A stretch of 64,000 bases of DNA, from assembly GCA_963665325.3 (NCBI GenBank), contig CAXXWS020000002.1, positions 576,001 through 640,000 on the forward strand, written 5' to 3'. Below are positions 47,386 through 56,834 of this stretch, piece after piece. Below the pieces are notes generated by a model. The model searched no databases, was not told where the DNA came from, and saw nothing but the letters and a program-made list of their open reading frames with translations. The translations under genes and the position numbers were made by a program. The DNA is from Alphaproteobacteria bacterium (GTDB taxonomy: Bacteria; Pseudomonadota; Alphaproteobacteria; Bin95). The number at the start of each line of letters is the position of its first letter. Within the stretch, counting starts at the first letter, position 1.

Positions 47386-49373
47386 CGGGGCGGCTCCTGC
47401 ACGGCGGAAGCCGTTGCTTTGTCGCGTTGCGGTGGCGTCGGCGGTTGTTCGCGGCGGCCGGCGAGGGCCGGGTAACCGGGGGCGGGGTGTTGCAGGAGCC
47501 GGACATGGCGGCCGAGTGACCCGGGCGCAGCCTCCTCTTCCCGGACGAAATGCAGGAACGCCGCCTCAGGATCGCGCCCGGAGGGGTCCAGGCGCCGTTC
47601 GGCAATGACAGCGACGATCATGCCGATGACCGTCGTTCTGTGCAGGCCCAGGGTCTCCATTGCGCCGCGCCAGGCCGGGCCTGAGACGGACAGGGTCTGG
47701 AGGCATTCGGTCATGGCCGCGTGCATGAGGTGTAGCCATCGGCGCCGTCCCCGGGAATGAGGGCCGAGCCGTTTCCGGATGCTCGCGGGAACGATGGGCT
47801 CCAGCGCCTCTAGGGAGGGTGCGAGAGGATCGGGGGGCGTTTCCCGGACTTCGACGGTTTCGATGAGGTCGATATCGGGTTCCGGGCCGGGCGGGGTGCT
47901 GCACTGCTGCGGCGGGTGTGGTTGGTCGGGTGGCGGCGAAGGCGCGGTTTCGGTGTCGGGTGCAGCGGGCGGCATCCGGTCGACCATGCCCCATAGCGAT
48001 TTCGAGAGGTCGAGTTCTCCCTTGCGGGCAGCGTCCAGCATGCCGCGCAGATAACCGCCGGCGGACCGGATTTCGCCGGCATCGGACCGGGAGGCGACCA
48101 CGGCGATCGCCAGGGAGGCGCCGTCCGGCGAAAGCTGCTGGCAGGCCTCGCGCCAGGCGCCCGGAGAGACGCCGAGACGACTGCGGGTGAGGTTGGCGGC
48201 TGCCTGGAAGTCCGTGGAAGTCGGTTCGGTGCCTTCGGGCAGGTGGGCGGCGAAGGAGGGCGGGAGAGACTCAAGGATCAGCCAGCCGGGGGGCGCCTTG
48301 CTGTTTCGGGAGGGCCGGCGACTACCTTCCTCCCTTTCCGGCCCAGGGCGGGCGGCGGGCGGTGCGTTCGGGTGAGGGGTGGTTGCGGTTTGAGGACCCG
48401 TCGCTACAGGAATTTCAATTTCAGATTCATTTGTAAGTGTAATTGGCTGCGGGGGATTTTCGCTGGTAAGGCAGCGAATATTTGTTGCCTTACCATCAAG
48501 ATTCGATGCAGCAGAGAACTCATCGGGCGGGGCTGAAGGGGGCGTGGAAGTCAGCGCGGCGACGAGGTCGGCCTCGAGCGCCTCGGCGTCATGGCGAAGC
48601 TCGAAGAGCGCGGAGAGCGGGAGCCTGGTGAGGGCGGTGGTCGGCCAGAGCGCCTCGATGCGGGATTGCAGGCGCCGGGTCGCAGGTTCGTCGACCGGCA
48701 GGCGGCCGTCTTCGATCGCCTGTTCGAGCGTTTCCTTGTTGCTTTTCCGGAGACTCCTGATCTGCTGGCGTAGAAGACGGTGCGTGTGGTGCTCCTCGTC
48801 TGCGTCTTCGGCGGTCTGAAGAACAAGCGGCAGCAGCGTGGCAATGGGCGAGAGGTCGAGGCCGAACGGAATGCGCTCGCCGGTTTTCGGGTCGTAGTGG
48901 ACCTTGCGGTGACAGTTGGTGCTGTCGCGCATGGCCAGGACGCCGAGCTCCATGAGGCGTCGCAGGTGGTAGCGGACGTTCGAGTCCGACTTGCAGCTGA
49001 AGAGCTCCTTCAGCGCGCCCTGGGGCAGCCAGACCATCGGGCGCGAACTGTCTTTCCAGTCGCGCGCGGTGGTCACGCCTATGAGCGTCTCCGTCAGAAA
49101 CACCTGGTGGGGTGACCAGCCGAGCCTGGCCGCGACGTCGTGTTTCTTGAGGGCGCGGGTGATCGTGAAGCGGTCTGTGCCTTCCGGCAGGCCGCACCAT
49201 TCGTTGGCACGGCGAAGGGCTTCCAGATAGGCCCGGTCCCGCTTGCGTGTGCCGGACGGGTTGGGGCTGCGGGAAGGTCCGGCGCCCGTCGAGGGGGTCG
49301 TAGGATGTTGTTCAAGCATGTTTTTCGACGCTCGGCGGCGTCCATGCCTCGATCCCCACTTTTTTCGCTCCAC
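47382..49373 (-). CDS. repC: RepC-family plasmid replication initiator with extended C-terminus (start may be 49319)
   Basis: RPMVW, LRRLMELG...RDSTNCHR...FGLDLSP; LGVSPGAWREA...IRSAGGYLRGM. Confidence 0.85.
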   Translation of the reverse strand: MERKKWGSRHGRRRASKNMLEQHPTTPSTGAGPSRSPNPSGTRKRDRAYLEALRRANEWCGLPEGTDRFTITRALKKHDVAARLGWSPHQVFLTETLIGVTTARDWKDSSRPMVWLPQGALKELFSCKSDSNVRYHLRRLMELGVLAMRDSTNCHRKVHYDPKTGERIPFGLDLSPIATLLPLVLQTAEDADEEHHTHRLLRQQIRSLRKSNKETLEQAIEDGRLPVDEPATRRLQSRIEALWPTTALTRLPLSALFELRHDAEALEADLVAALTSTPPSAPPDEFSAASNLDGKATNIRCLTSENPPQPITLTNESEIEIPVATGPQTATTPHPNAPPAARPGPEREEGSRRPSRNSKAPPGWLILESLPPSFAAHLPEGTEPTSTDFQAAANLTRSRLGVSPGAWREACQQLSPDGASLAIAVVASRSDAGEIRSAGGYLRGMLDAARKGELDLSKSLWGMVDRMPPAAPDTETAPSPPPDQPHPPQQCSTPPGPEPDIDLIETVEVRETPPDPLAPSLEALEPIVPASIRKRLGPHSRGRRRWLHLMHAAMTECLQTLSVSGPAWRGAMETLGLHRTTVIGMIVAVIAERRLDPSGRDPEAAFLHFVREEEAAPGSLGRHVRLLQHPAPGYPALAGRREQPPTPPQRDKATASAVQEPPR
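48405..48520. other. AT-rich intragenic segment of repC, probable oriV
   Basis: Marked AT-rich island with GATTC (GANTC) sites in the middle of repC, as in repABC replicons. Confidence 0.6.
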
Positions 49374-49437
49374 CGGCTTGACAAGGCATGCCGGAAGGGT
49401 TACCTCTCAGTCATCTGCTGAGATGGCCGAAAGGTTC

Positions 49438-49477
49438 CTTGCTTGCTTGCTTGCTTGCTTGCGAAGCGAAGCGAAGC
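49438..49477. repeat. Microsatellite (GCTT)5 followed by (GCGAA)3
   Basis: Visible directly. Confidence 0.9.
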
Positions 49478-49520
49478 AGTGGGGACTTAGGTTACAGTCC
49501 GATTTTTCGGGCTAGGATCA

Positions 49521-49554
49521 GGGGAGCGGGAGTGGTTGCCCGCTCCCCTTTTTC
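49521..49554 (+). terminator. Intrinsic terminator
   Basis: ggggagcggg-N8-cccgctcccc followed by TTTTT. Confidence 0.8.
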
Positions 49555-49561
49555 TTGCCTC

Positions 49562-49590
49562 TTGACCGCCAGATTTCTGCCGAGCATAAT
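49562..49590 (+). promoter_or_regulatory. sigma70-like promoter pointing outward across attR
   Basis: TTGACC-N17-CATAAT. Confidence 0.65.
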
Positions 49591-49621
49591 CTCCCGGCCT
49601 GTTTGTCTAAGGGCAGTCAGG

Positions 49622-49641
49622 TGTGGAGGTCGGCACAGGCT
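49622..49641. other. attR-like junction: arm tgtggaggtcggc plus core aggct
   Basis: See attL (4723-4755). Confidence 0.9.
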
Positions 49642-50054
49642 GGCTTGTCGGCATAGGGGCCGTCCTTACCGAAGCCGACGGCCGTGCAATAGACGATGTC
49701 CGAACGGTGCTCCGAGATGGCCGCATAGTCTATGCCGAGGCGGGCAGCGGGCTTGGGGCGCATATTGTGGATGAACACGTCGGCCGTCCGCGCCAACCGG
49801 TAGAGCGCGTCGCGCCCGGCAGGCTGCTTCAGGTCTAGCACGAGGCTGCGCTTGTTGCGCGCCTTGGTAAGGATGCCCGCGGACATGCCCCGGTTGCGGC
49901 TCGGCCCGACCTGGCGGCTGATGTCGCCGCCCGGCGGCTCGACCTTCACCACATCCGCGCCGTAGTCGCCCATGATCTGGGTACAGTAAGGGCCGTACAT
50001 CACGGTCGTCAGGTCGAGCACGCGCAATCCGGCGAGCGGTCCGGGCATCGTCAT
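49637..50054 (-). pseudogene. 5' half of the split CaiB/BaiF CoA-transferase
   Basis: GPLAGLRVLDL...GP...GADVVKVEPPGGD...RNKRS..LDLK...GPYADKPA. Confidence 0.93.
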
Positions 50055-50110
50055 CCTCCGGCTGTTTCGCCCATTCTGGCGTGCAGGCCGGTTCCGGGGA
50101 AGGGCGCCCG

Positions 50111-51184
50111 TCAGCCGGTTTGGGCGCGGTGCCGCAGCAGGTGGTCGGCAAGCACCAGTGCCATCATCGCTTCGCCGACCGGCACTGCGCGAATGCCGAC
50201 GCAGGGGTCGTGCCGGCCGGTGGTCACAATTTCGACGGCCTCGCCTGCCTCGGTGACCCCCCGGCGCGGAAGCAGGATCGAACTGGTGGGCTTGACCGCG
50301 AAGCGCGCGACCACCGGCTGGCCCGAGGAGATGCCGCCCAGCACGCCGCCGGCATTGTTGGAAAGGAAGGCGACGCCGCCATCGCCGTCCGGGGCCATCT
50401 CGTCATGGGCGTCTTCGCCGCGCTTCGCCGCGGAAGCGAAGCCGTCGCCGATCTCGACGCCCTTCACGGCATTGATGCTCATCATTGCGGCGGCAAGTTC
50501 CCCGTCTAATTTGCCGTAGACCGGCTCCCCGAGGCCTGCCGGGACACCCTCGGCGACGATTTCGATGACGGCGCCCACCGAGGACCCGGCCTTGCGCACC
50601 GCATCCAGATAGTCTGCCCATTCTTCCGCCGCGGCGGCATCGGGACAGAAGAAGGGATTGGCGCCGACGGCATCCCAGTCCCAGCGTGTGCGGTCCACGC
50701 GCTTTTCCCCGATCTGGACCAGCGCGCCGCGGATCGACACACCGTCTCCGAGGACCTTGCGTGCGATGCCGCCGGCCGCCACTCGCATGGCGGTTTCCCT
50801 CGCTGAGGAACGGCCGCCGCCGCGATAGTCGCGGATACCGTATTTCTTCCAGTAGGTGTAATCGGCATGGCCGGGCCGGAAGCGGTCCGCGATCTTCGAA
50901 TAATCCCTGGAGCGCTGGTCGACATTCTCAATCACGAGGCTGATGGGCGTGCCCGTCGTTTGTCCCTCGAACACGCCTGAGAGGATGCGCACACTGTCCG
51001 GCTCGCGGCGCTGCGTAGTAAAGCGCGACTGGCCGGGCCGGCGCTTGTCGAGCCAAATCTGCAGGTCTTCTTCGGCGAGCGCGATACCGGGCGGGCAGCC
51101 GTCCACGACGCAGCCTATGGCCGGCCCGTGGCTCTCGCCCCAGGTGGAAAAGCGAAAGGTCTGTCCGAACCCGTTGGAGGCCAT
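50111..51184 (-). CDS. aroC: Chorismate synthase
   Basis: [31 protein letters not shown]. Confidence 0.97.
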   Translation of the reverse strand: MASNGFGQTFRFSTWGESHGPAIGCVVDGCPPGIALAEEDLQIWLDKRRPGQSRFTTQRREPDSVRILSGVFEGQTTGTPISLVIENVDQRSRDYSKIADRFRPGHADYTYWKKYGIRDYRGGGRSSARETAMRVAAGGIARKVLGDGVSIRGALVQIGEKRVDRTRWDWDAVGANPFFCPDAAAAEEWADYLDAVRKAGSSVGAVIEIVAEGVPAGLGEPVYGKLDGELAAAMMSINAVKGVEIGDGFASAAKRGEDAHDEMAPDGDGGVAFLSNNAGGVLGGISSGQPVVARFAVKPTSSILLPRRGVTEAGEAVEIVTTGRHDPCVGIRAVPVGEAMMALVLADHLLRHRAQTG

Positions 51185-52023
51185 CAGCCGTATTTCGGCT
51201 TGAAGCTCGCCAGCAGGTCCGACGTGTCTCCCGCCCGGTGCGGGTTCATCATGCCGACGGTGTGGTAGCCGCAATCCACATGATGCACCTCGCCGGTGAC
51301 GCCGGCGCTCATCGGGCTGAGCAGGTAGAGGGCGGACTGGCCGATCTGCTCCAGGGTGACATTGGCCTGCAGCGGCGAGTTCAGCTCGTTCCACCTCAGG
51401 ATGAAACGGAAATCGCCGATCCCGGACGCTGCAAGGGTCTTGACCGGCCCGGCCGATATGGCGTTGACACGTATGCCGTGATTGCCGAAATCGGCCGCCA
51501 TGTAACGCACGCTCGCTTCGAGCGCGGCCTTGGCAACCCCCATGACATTGTAGTGCGGCATCACCTGCTCGGCGCCGTAATAGGAGAGCGTCAACATCGC
51601 CGCGCCCGGCTCCATCAGCGCTGACGCCCTGCGGGCGAGGTCCGTGAAGGAGAAGCAGGAGATGTCGAGCGACATGCGGAAGTTCTCGCGCGTCGTATCG
51701 ACATAGCGGCCCTTGAGTTGGTCCTTGTCGGAAAAGGCAATGGCGTGCACAACGAAATCGAGCCGGCCCCATTCGGCCGCCAGCGTCTCGAACAGGGCGT
51801 CCATGCTAGCGTCGTCGGCGACATCGGCCGGCAGCACCAGCGCTGCGCCCAACGACTCGGCGAGCGGGCGGACGCGCTTGGCAAGCTGTTCCGTTTGGTA
51901 GGTGACCGCGAGTTCGGCGCCGCTCTCCGCCAGCGCCTGCGCGATCCCCCAAGCAATCGAGCGGTCGTTGGCCATGCCCATGATGAGCCCGCGCTTGCCG
52001 GTCATGGCGGTTGTTCCGGTCAT
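51184..52023 (-). CDS. fabI: Enoyl-ACP reductase
   Basis: [33 protein letters not shown]. Confidence 0.96.
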   Translation of the reverse strand: MTGTTAMTGKRGLIMGMANDRSIAWGIAQALAESGAELAVTYQTEQLAKRVRPLAESLGAALVLPADVADDASMDALFETLAAEWGRLDFVVHAIAFSDKDQLKGRYVDTTRENFRMSLDISCFSFTDLARRASALMEPGAAMLTLSYYGAEQVMPHYNVMGVAKAALEASVRYMAADFGNHGIRVNAISAGPVKTLAASGIGDFRFILRWNELNSPLQANVTLEQIGQSALYLLSPMSAGVTGEVHHVDCGYHTVGMMNPHRAGDTSDLLASFKPKYG

Positions 52024-52049
52024 GTCGCTACTCCGGGGTCAGGCGCAGT

Positions 52050-52730
52050 TCAGCTTTCGCCCCCGGTTGCGACCAGCCGCCAGTTCGGATCCGGCGAGCG
52101 TGTGTCGCGGGCGAAGGTCCAGACGTCGGTAATCTCTTCGATGGCGTTGGTCGCGCCGGAGAGCGTCTGCCCTTCGGAGTCGCGCAGCACGCCGACCTGC
52201 TCCGAGACGAAGCGAACCGTCACCCAGGCTTCGTGGTCGTCGAGTCCGGCATCCGTGAGTTCGGCTTCCTTGATGCCGATCAGCGTCGCCTCGAGGACAT
52301 ATCCCTTCGCTTCCCGGTCGGCGATGGTGCGCTCGAAATTGCCGAAGACTTCGGCGCTGGTCAGCGGACGGAGCGTGTCGCGGTCGCCGCCGGCGAACGC
52401 ATTGACGATCATCTCGAAAGCGCCGCGCGCTCCCGAGACGAACCCGTCCGGGTCGAAGCTCCCGTCCACGCTGCGGATGCGCCGCACGCCCTCTCCCAGC
52501 GGCGTGCCGTCGCTCTCCTCGTCTTCGTCATTGTTGCGGTCGGGCAGCGCTATCACATTGTCGTTGGAATTCGTATCGCCGGCGGCATGCGGTTCCGCCG
52601 CCGGCGGGGCTTGGTGGTGCCCTTGGCGGCGCCCGAGAACACTGCGCAGCCGAAAGACGAGGAACGCAGCCACCATAGCGAAGAACAACAGGTCGAAGAA
52701 CGGGATTCCGCCGTCCATGGCGCTCACCAC
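52050..52730 (-). CDS. Tim44/TimA-family protein
   Basis: RLRSVLGRR.G, F..GAR.AFE.IV.AF, VRFVSEQ, DVWTFAR...PNW.L. Confidence 0.9.
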   Translation of the reverse strand: MVSAMDGGIPFFDLLFFAMVAAFLVFRLRSVLGRRQGHHQAPPAAEPHAAGDTNSNDNVIALPDRNNDEDEESDGTPLGEGVRRIRSVDGSFDPDGFVSGARGAFEMIVNAFAGGDRDTLRPLTSAEVFGNFERTIADREAKGYVLEATLIGIKEAELTDAGLDDHEAWVTVRFVSEQVGVLRDSEGQTLSGATNAIEEITDVWTFARDTRSPDPNWRLVATGGES

Positions 52731-52797
52731 CGGCCTGAACGGCCGATCCTTTCACTCGATTGACCAGAGATAAGCCCAAGTCTAGGAAAGGGCAAGT

Positions 52798-53229
52798 ATG
52801 GCCTTTGCAATCCTTTTGGCGCTGATCGGGGTTCCCCTGGTCGAGATCGCCGTCTTCATCGAGGTCGGCGGCTGGATCGGGCTGTGGCCGACGCTCGCCG
52901 TCATTCTGCTCACGGCCTTCGCCGGAACCTGGCTGATTCGCGCGCAGGGTATCGGCGTGCTGATGCGCGCCCGCCGGACGATCGCCGAAGGCGGTGCCCC
53001 CTTGCGCGAGATGTTCGACGGAGTGTGCCTGGTCGTGGCGGGCGCTTTCCTGCTGACGCCGGGATTCGTGACGGATGCCACCGGCTTCCTGCTGCTGCTG
53101 CCGCCGTTCCGCGACCTTGCCGCCGGCTGGGCCTGGCGGCGCTGGGGCGGCGAGATCCGCGTTCGGCAAGGCGGGCCGGATGTCATTGAGGGCGAATACC
53201 ACGACGATACGCCGGGAGAGCCGCGATGA
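52798..53229 (+). CDS. fxsA: FxsA membrane protein
   Basis: VPLVEIAVFIEVG..IG, LLTPGFVTD. Confidence 0.92.
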   Translation: MAFAILLALIGVPLVEIAVFIEVGGWIGLWPTLAVILLTAFAGTWLIRAQGIGVLMRARRTIAEGGAPLREMFDGVCLVVAGAFLLTPGFVTDATGFLLLLPPFRDLAAGWAWRRWGGEIRVRQGGPDVIEGEYHDDTPGEPR

Positions 53230-53777
53230 TCCTGCTGCGCCACGGCCAGACGCTGTGGAACCTGCATTTCGGCCAGACGCGCATCGATCCGGGACTCCCC
53301 GATCCGGGATTGACGCAGGAAGGCCGCCGCCAGGCCGCGGCCGCCGCGGAGGCTCTGGCCTGCCGGGGCGTCAAGCTGCTGTTCGCAAGCCCCTACCGCC
53401 GTACGCTGGAAACGGCGGCGGTGGTTGCCGAGCGGCTGGACGTTCCCGTTTTTATCGAGCCGCTGCTGCGCGAGCGTGCTGGCTTTTCGTGCGACATCGG
53501 GACCCGCGCCGGAATGCTGGCCGAGGCCTGGCCGGCGCTCGACTTCTCCGCGCTCGACGAACGCTGGTGGTGCGACCTCGGAGAGAGCGACGAGGAGGTG
53601 CTGGCGCGTGCCCGCGCCTTCCGCGCCGCCATTGCCGAGCGCCCCGACCGCGACAGCATCTGCGCCGTGACCCATTGGGGCGTGGTCCGGGCGTTGACCG
53701 GCGAGACCGTCGAGAACGGTGCGATCCGCGAGCACGACCCTTCGGGCGCGCTTCCTCCCGTAACCCCCACGTGCTAG
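53226..53777 (+). CDS. Histidine phosphatase family protein
   Basis: LLRHGQT, ASPYRRTLET, LRER, VTHWG. Confidence 0.9.
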   Translation: MILLRHGQTLWNLHFGQTRIDPGLPDPGLTQEGRRQAAAAAEALACRGVKLLFASPYRRTLETAAVVAERLDVPVFIEPLLRERAGFSCDIGTRAGMLAEAWPALDFSALDERWWCDLGESDEEVLARARAFRAAIAERPDRDSICAVTHWGVVRALTGETVENGAIREHDPSGALPPVTPTC

Positions 53778-53808
53778 ACGAAACGCCCTTGCAGGAAGGC
53801 AGCGGCCA

Positions 53809-54291
53809 ATGAACGGAAATGGCGCGGACGCCACTGCTGACTCACCGCAACGCGTGACCATCGGCGCCCAGTACGTCAAGGATCTCTCCTTCGAGAGTCC
53901 GAACGCGCCAATGAGCTTCAACGAGTTGGACTCGCGGCCCGAGATCGGCATCGACCTGAATGTCGAGGTGCGCCCGCTGCAAGACAACCACTACGAGGTC
54001 ATCCTGCACATGACGGCGCGCGCCAGGCGTGGCGAGAATGTCCTCTTTCTGGTGGAGCTCTCCTACGGCGCGGTCGCGTCCGTGCCGCCGGTGCCTGACG
54101 AGGTCCGCACCAGGGTGGTCGGCGCCGAGGTGCCGAAACTGCTGTTCCCGTTCGCCCGGGGCATCGTCGCCAATGCGGTGCGCGACGGGGGCTTTCCGCC
54201 CTTCCTCATCGACCCCATCGACTTCGACGCGCTGTTCGAGCGCGCCGCGGCCGCGAAGGCGAATGAGCAATCACAGGAAGCGGAGGCATGA
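53809..54291 (+). CDS. secB: Protein-export chaperone SecB
   Basis: QYVKDLSFESPNAP, LFPFAR, GGFPP..IDPIDF. Confidence 0.95.
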   Translation: MNGNGADATADSPQRVTIGAQYVKDLSFESPNAPMSFNELDSRPEIGIDLNVEVRPLQDNHYEVILHMTARARRGENVLFLVELSYGAVASVPPVPDEVRTRVVGAEVPKLLFPFARGIVANAVRDGGFPPFLIDPIDFDALFERAAAAKANEQSQEAEA

Positions 54292-55715
54292 CCGCCCTCA
54301 ATCTTGCGGCCCGGATCGCGGCGGGCGAATTATCGGCGGGCGAGGCGCTGGAGGAGGCGATTTCGCGCACCGAGGCCGTCCATGCGCGCCTCAACGCCGT
54401 GACGCGCACCCTGTATGACGAGGCCCGCGCCGAGGTCGCGGCCGGATTGCCGGAAGGCCCCTTCACCGGTGTGCCGTTTCCGCTCAAGGACCTCTCCATA
54501 AGCTATGCCGGCGTGCCGACGACCGGCGGCAGCCGGGCGATGGCGGAGATGCCGGCACCGCGCGACAGCGAGTTGATGCGCCGCTACCGCGCCGCCGGGA
54601 TGGTGGCCTATTGCAAGACCAACACGCCGGAGCTCGGCTCGCTCGGGACGACCGAGCCGCTGCTGTTCGGGCCGTGCCGGAACCCCTGGAACCCGGAGCA
54701 CAGCTGCGGCGGGTCCAGCGGCGGGTCGGCGGTTCTCGTTGCCGCGCGCGCCGTGCCCGTTGCGCATGCGACGGACGGCGCAGGGTCGATCCGTATCCCG
54801 GCGTCCTGCTGCGGCATTTTCGGCCTGAAGCCGACGCGGGCCCGGATCACCATGGGGCCGGATGTCGGGGAGGCCGTGGGCGGCATCGCGAACGAGCACG
54901 CCGTCTCGATCTCGGTGCGGGACAATGCTGCGCTGCTGGACGCAACCCAGGGCGGCATGCCGGGAGACCCTTATGCCTGCCCGCCGCCGGAGCGCCCGTT
55001 CGCCGAGGACGTCGGCGCCAATCCCGGCAGGCTGCGGATCGCCTTCACCGACCGGTCGATCACCGGCACGTCCCTGCATCCCGATTGCGTGGCGGCAGTG
55101 CGGGACACGGCGAAGCTTCTTGAAGACCTCGGGCACGATGTGGAGGAGGCGGCGCCGCCGCTCGATGCGGAGACCTTCCGCGAGTTCTATATCCGCTTCT
55201 GGCCCTTCAGTGTGGCGCGGCACGAGAGGCGCCTGTCGCGCGCTGCCGGCCAGCCGGTGGACCGATCGCTGTTTGAGCCGTTCAACCGCTACCTGCTGGA
55301 AAAGACGGACAGCATACTTGCGGCGGACTATCTGGCGGACCTTGCGTGGTTCCACGGCATGAGCCGGGACTTCGCGGCATTCATGGAGGGCTACGCGCTC
55401 TGGCTGACGCCGACGCTCGGCCATCCGCCGCCCCGGCTCGGCCATTTCGATTGCGACGAACATGGTGGCCCGGAGGTGATGGAACGCTTCATGCAGTTCC
55501 TGCCATTCACGCCCTTCGCCAACCTGACCGGCCAGCCGTCGGCAACCCTGCCGCTCTACTGGAACGCGGAAGGCCTGCCCGTCGGCAGCCTGCTGACCGC
55601 GCGATACGGCGACGAGGCGATGCTGTTCCGCGTCTCGGCGCAGCTGGAGGAGGCGCGTCCCTGGGCCGGGAGGATACCGCCCGGTTACGGCGGCGAGGAG
55701 GGAGGCGGCGATTAG
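54288..55715 (+). CDS. Amidase (amidase-signature family)
   Basis: [26 protein letters not shown]. Confidence 0.93.
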   Translation: MTALNLAARIAAGELSAGEALEEAISRTEAVHARLNAVTRTLYDEARAEVAAGLPEGPFTGVPFPLKDLSISYAGVPTTGGSRAMAEMPAPRDSELMRRYRAAGMVAYCKTNTPELGSLGTTEPLLFGPCRNPWNPEHSCGGSSGGSAVLVAARAVPVAHATDGAGSIRIPASCCGIFGLKPTRARITMGPDVGEAVGGIANEHAVSISVRDNAALLDATQGGMPGDPYACPPPERPFAEDVGANPGRLRIAFTDRSITGTSLHPDCVAAVRDTAKLLEDLGHDVEEAAPPLDAETFREFYIRFWPFSVARHERRLSRAAGQPVDRSLFEPFNRYLLEKTDSILAADYLADLAWFHGMSRDFAAFMEGYALWLTPTLGHPPPRLGHFDCDEHGGPEVMERFMQFLPFTPFANLTGQPSATLPLYWNAEGLPVGSLLTARYGDEAMLFRVSAQLEEARPWAGRIPPGYGGEEGGGD

Positions 55716-55917
55716 CGCGGACCGGGAATTTTCGCCGCCCGAGGTGGAAGAAGGGGAGGTCTGGAGCGATCTCCTGCGGTCGTTCCTGCGCGGCGCCGCC
55801 TTTCTGGGAGTTGCCGCCGCCGTTGCCGTTGGCGGGCTCTACTATCTCTATTACCTGATGAGCACCGGACAAATGAATCACTTCCCGCTTGTCTGCGGGG
55901 CCATCGGCCTGGAGTAG
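55711..55917 (+). CDS. Small membrane protein missing from the ORF track (ATT 55711 or GTG 55744 start)
   Basis: Open frame with a TM helix (AAFLGVAAAVAVGGLYYLYYLM); GGAGG 5 nt before the ATT. Confidence 0.5.
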   Translation: MSADREFSPPEVEEGEVWSDLLRSFLRGAAFLGVAAAVAVGGLYYLYYLMSTGQMNHFPLVCGAIGLE

Positions 55918-55921
55918 GCGG

Positions 55922-56689
55922 TCAGTCCTTCGGCAGGAAGGCGAACAATTCGGCGAGCAGGTCGCCGGGCGCTTCCTCGGGAATGAAATGGCCGCAATCG
56001 AGCGCGCGGCCCCGATCTGCTGCATCATGCTCCATATCCAGTGTGACGGCGCGATAATCGGCACACATGGCGCGCACGGTTTCCGGATCGGAGAAGCAAC
56101 GGAGATATTCAGCATAAGCTTCGTCGTCGAAGGCGCCCGGAACTGCGCTCCACTGGTCGAGGAAGAAATCCAGGAACAGCTTCGGGTCGGCCGAGAACAC
56201 CTTTTCCGGGAGCGGCGAGGGCTGGCGCATCAGGTTCCAGTGGAACCAGGAGAAGGCCAGCGACGCATCCATGTTCTCGAAGGCCTCCAGGGACGGCACC
56301 ACGTCCAGATTGGTGAAGCTCAGCACGCGCTCCGGATGGTCGAGCGCCAGCCGCAGCCCCACGCGCACGCCCCGGTCGTGTCCGACGAGGTGGAAGGCGT
56401 CGAAGCCGAGTGCGCGCATGACCTCCACCTGGTCGTTTGCGGTGGTCCGCTTGCAGTAAGTTATGTGGTTGTCGGGGACGGAGGGCGGCTTGCCGCTGTC
56501 GCCATAGCCCCGCAAGTCGGGACAGACGACTGTGTAACGCTCCGCCAGGCGCGGCGCGACCTTGTGCCATTCGACATGGCTCTGCGGGTAGCCGTGCAGC
56601 AACAGCACGGGCGGCCCCTTACCGCCATGCACGACGTTGATGCAGCATTCCCCGGTATCGATCCTCGACCTCTCGAATCCTTCGAACAT
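55922..56689 (-). CDS. Haloacetate dehalogenase-like alpha/beta hydrolase, apparently with an internal deletion
   Basis: LLHGYPQ, DLRGYGDS, GHDRG, CADYRA, CGHFIPEEAP; the PLLxLWG segment is missing. Confidence 0.8.
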   Translation of the reverse strand: MFEGFERSRIDTGECCINVVHGGKGPPVLLLHGYPQSHVEWHKVAPRLAERYTVVCPDLRGYGDSGKPPSVPDNHITYCKRTTANDQVEVMRALGFDAFHLVGHDRGVRVGLRLALDHPERVLSFTNLDVVPSLEAFENMDASLAFSWFHWNLMRQPSPLPEKVFSADPKLFLDFFLDQWSAVPGAFDDEAYAEYLRCFSDPETVRAMCADYRAVTLDMEHDAADRGRALDCGHFIPEEAPGDLLAELFAFLPKD

Positions 56690-56834
56690 GTTCTGTCCCG
56701 CTGTTTTGCCGATCAAGCGTTGGAGAAGCCGACATTGTCAACGAAGGAGGGCCCCGTCGCCCGGCCCGCCTTGTTTGACCCGGTCGCTTGGGGCCTGTAT
56801 TCAAACGCCAAGAGCAGATACCGGACGGCGGGGA

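Larger units (their letters stand above)
49378..49554 (+). ncRNA. Putative counter-transcribed RNA (ctRNA) upstream of repC, including its promoter
   Basis: TTGACA at 49378 on the strand opposite repC; terminator at 49521-49554; position matches repABC ctRNAs. Confidence 0.5.
4738..49641. mobile_element. ~44.9 kb integrated RepC-plasmid/ICE-like element
   Basis: Interrupts a host gene precisely; att-like ends; carries serine recombinase, repC, parA/parB, ICE leading-region genes and pil genes. Confidence 0.9.

Noticed and set aside
4738-49641. Prophage interpretation
   Set aside because: No capsid, portal, terminase-large or tail genes; gene content is plasmid/ICE-like
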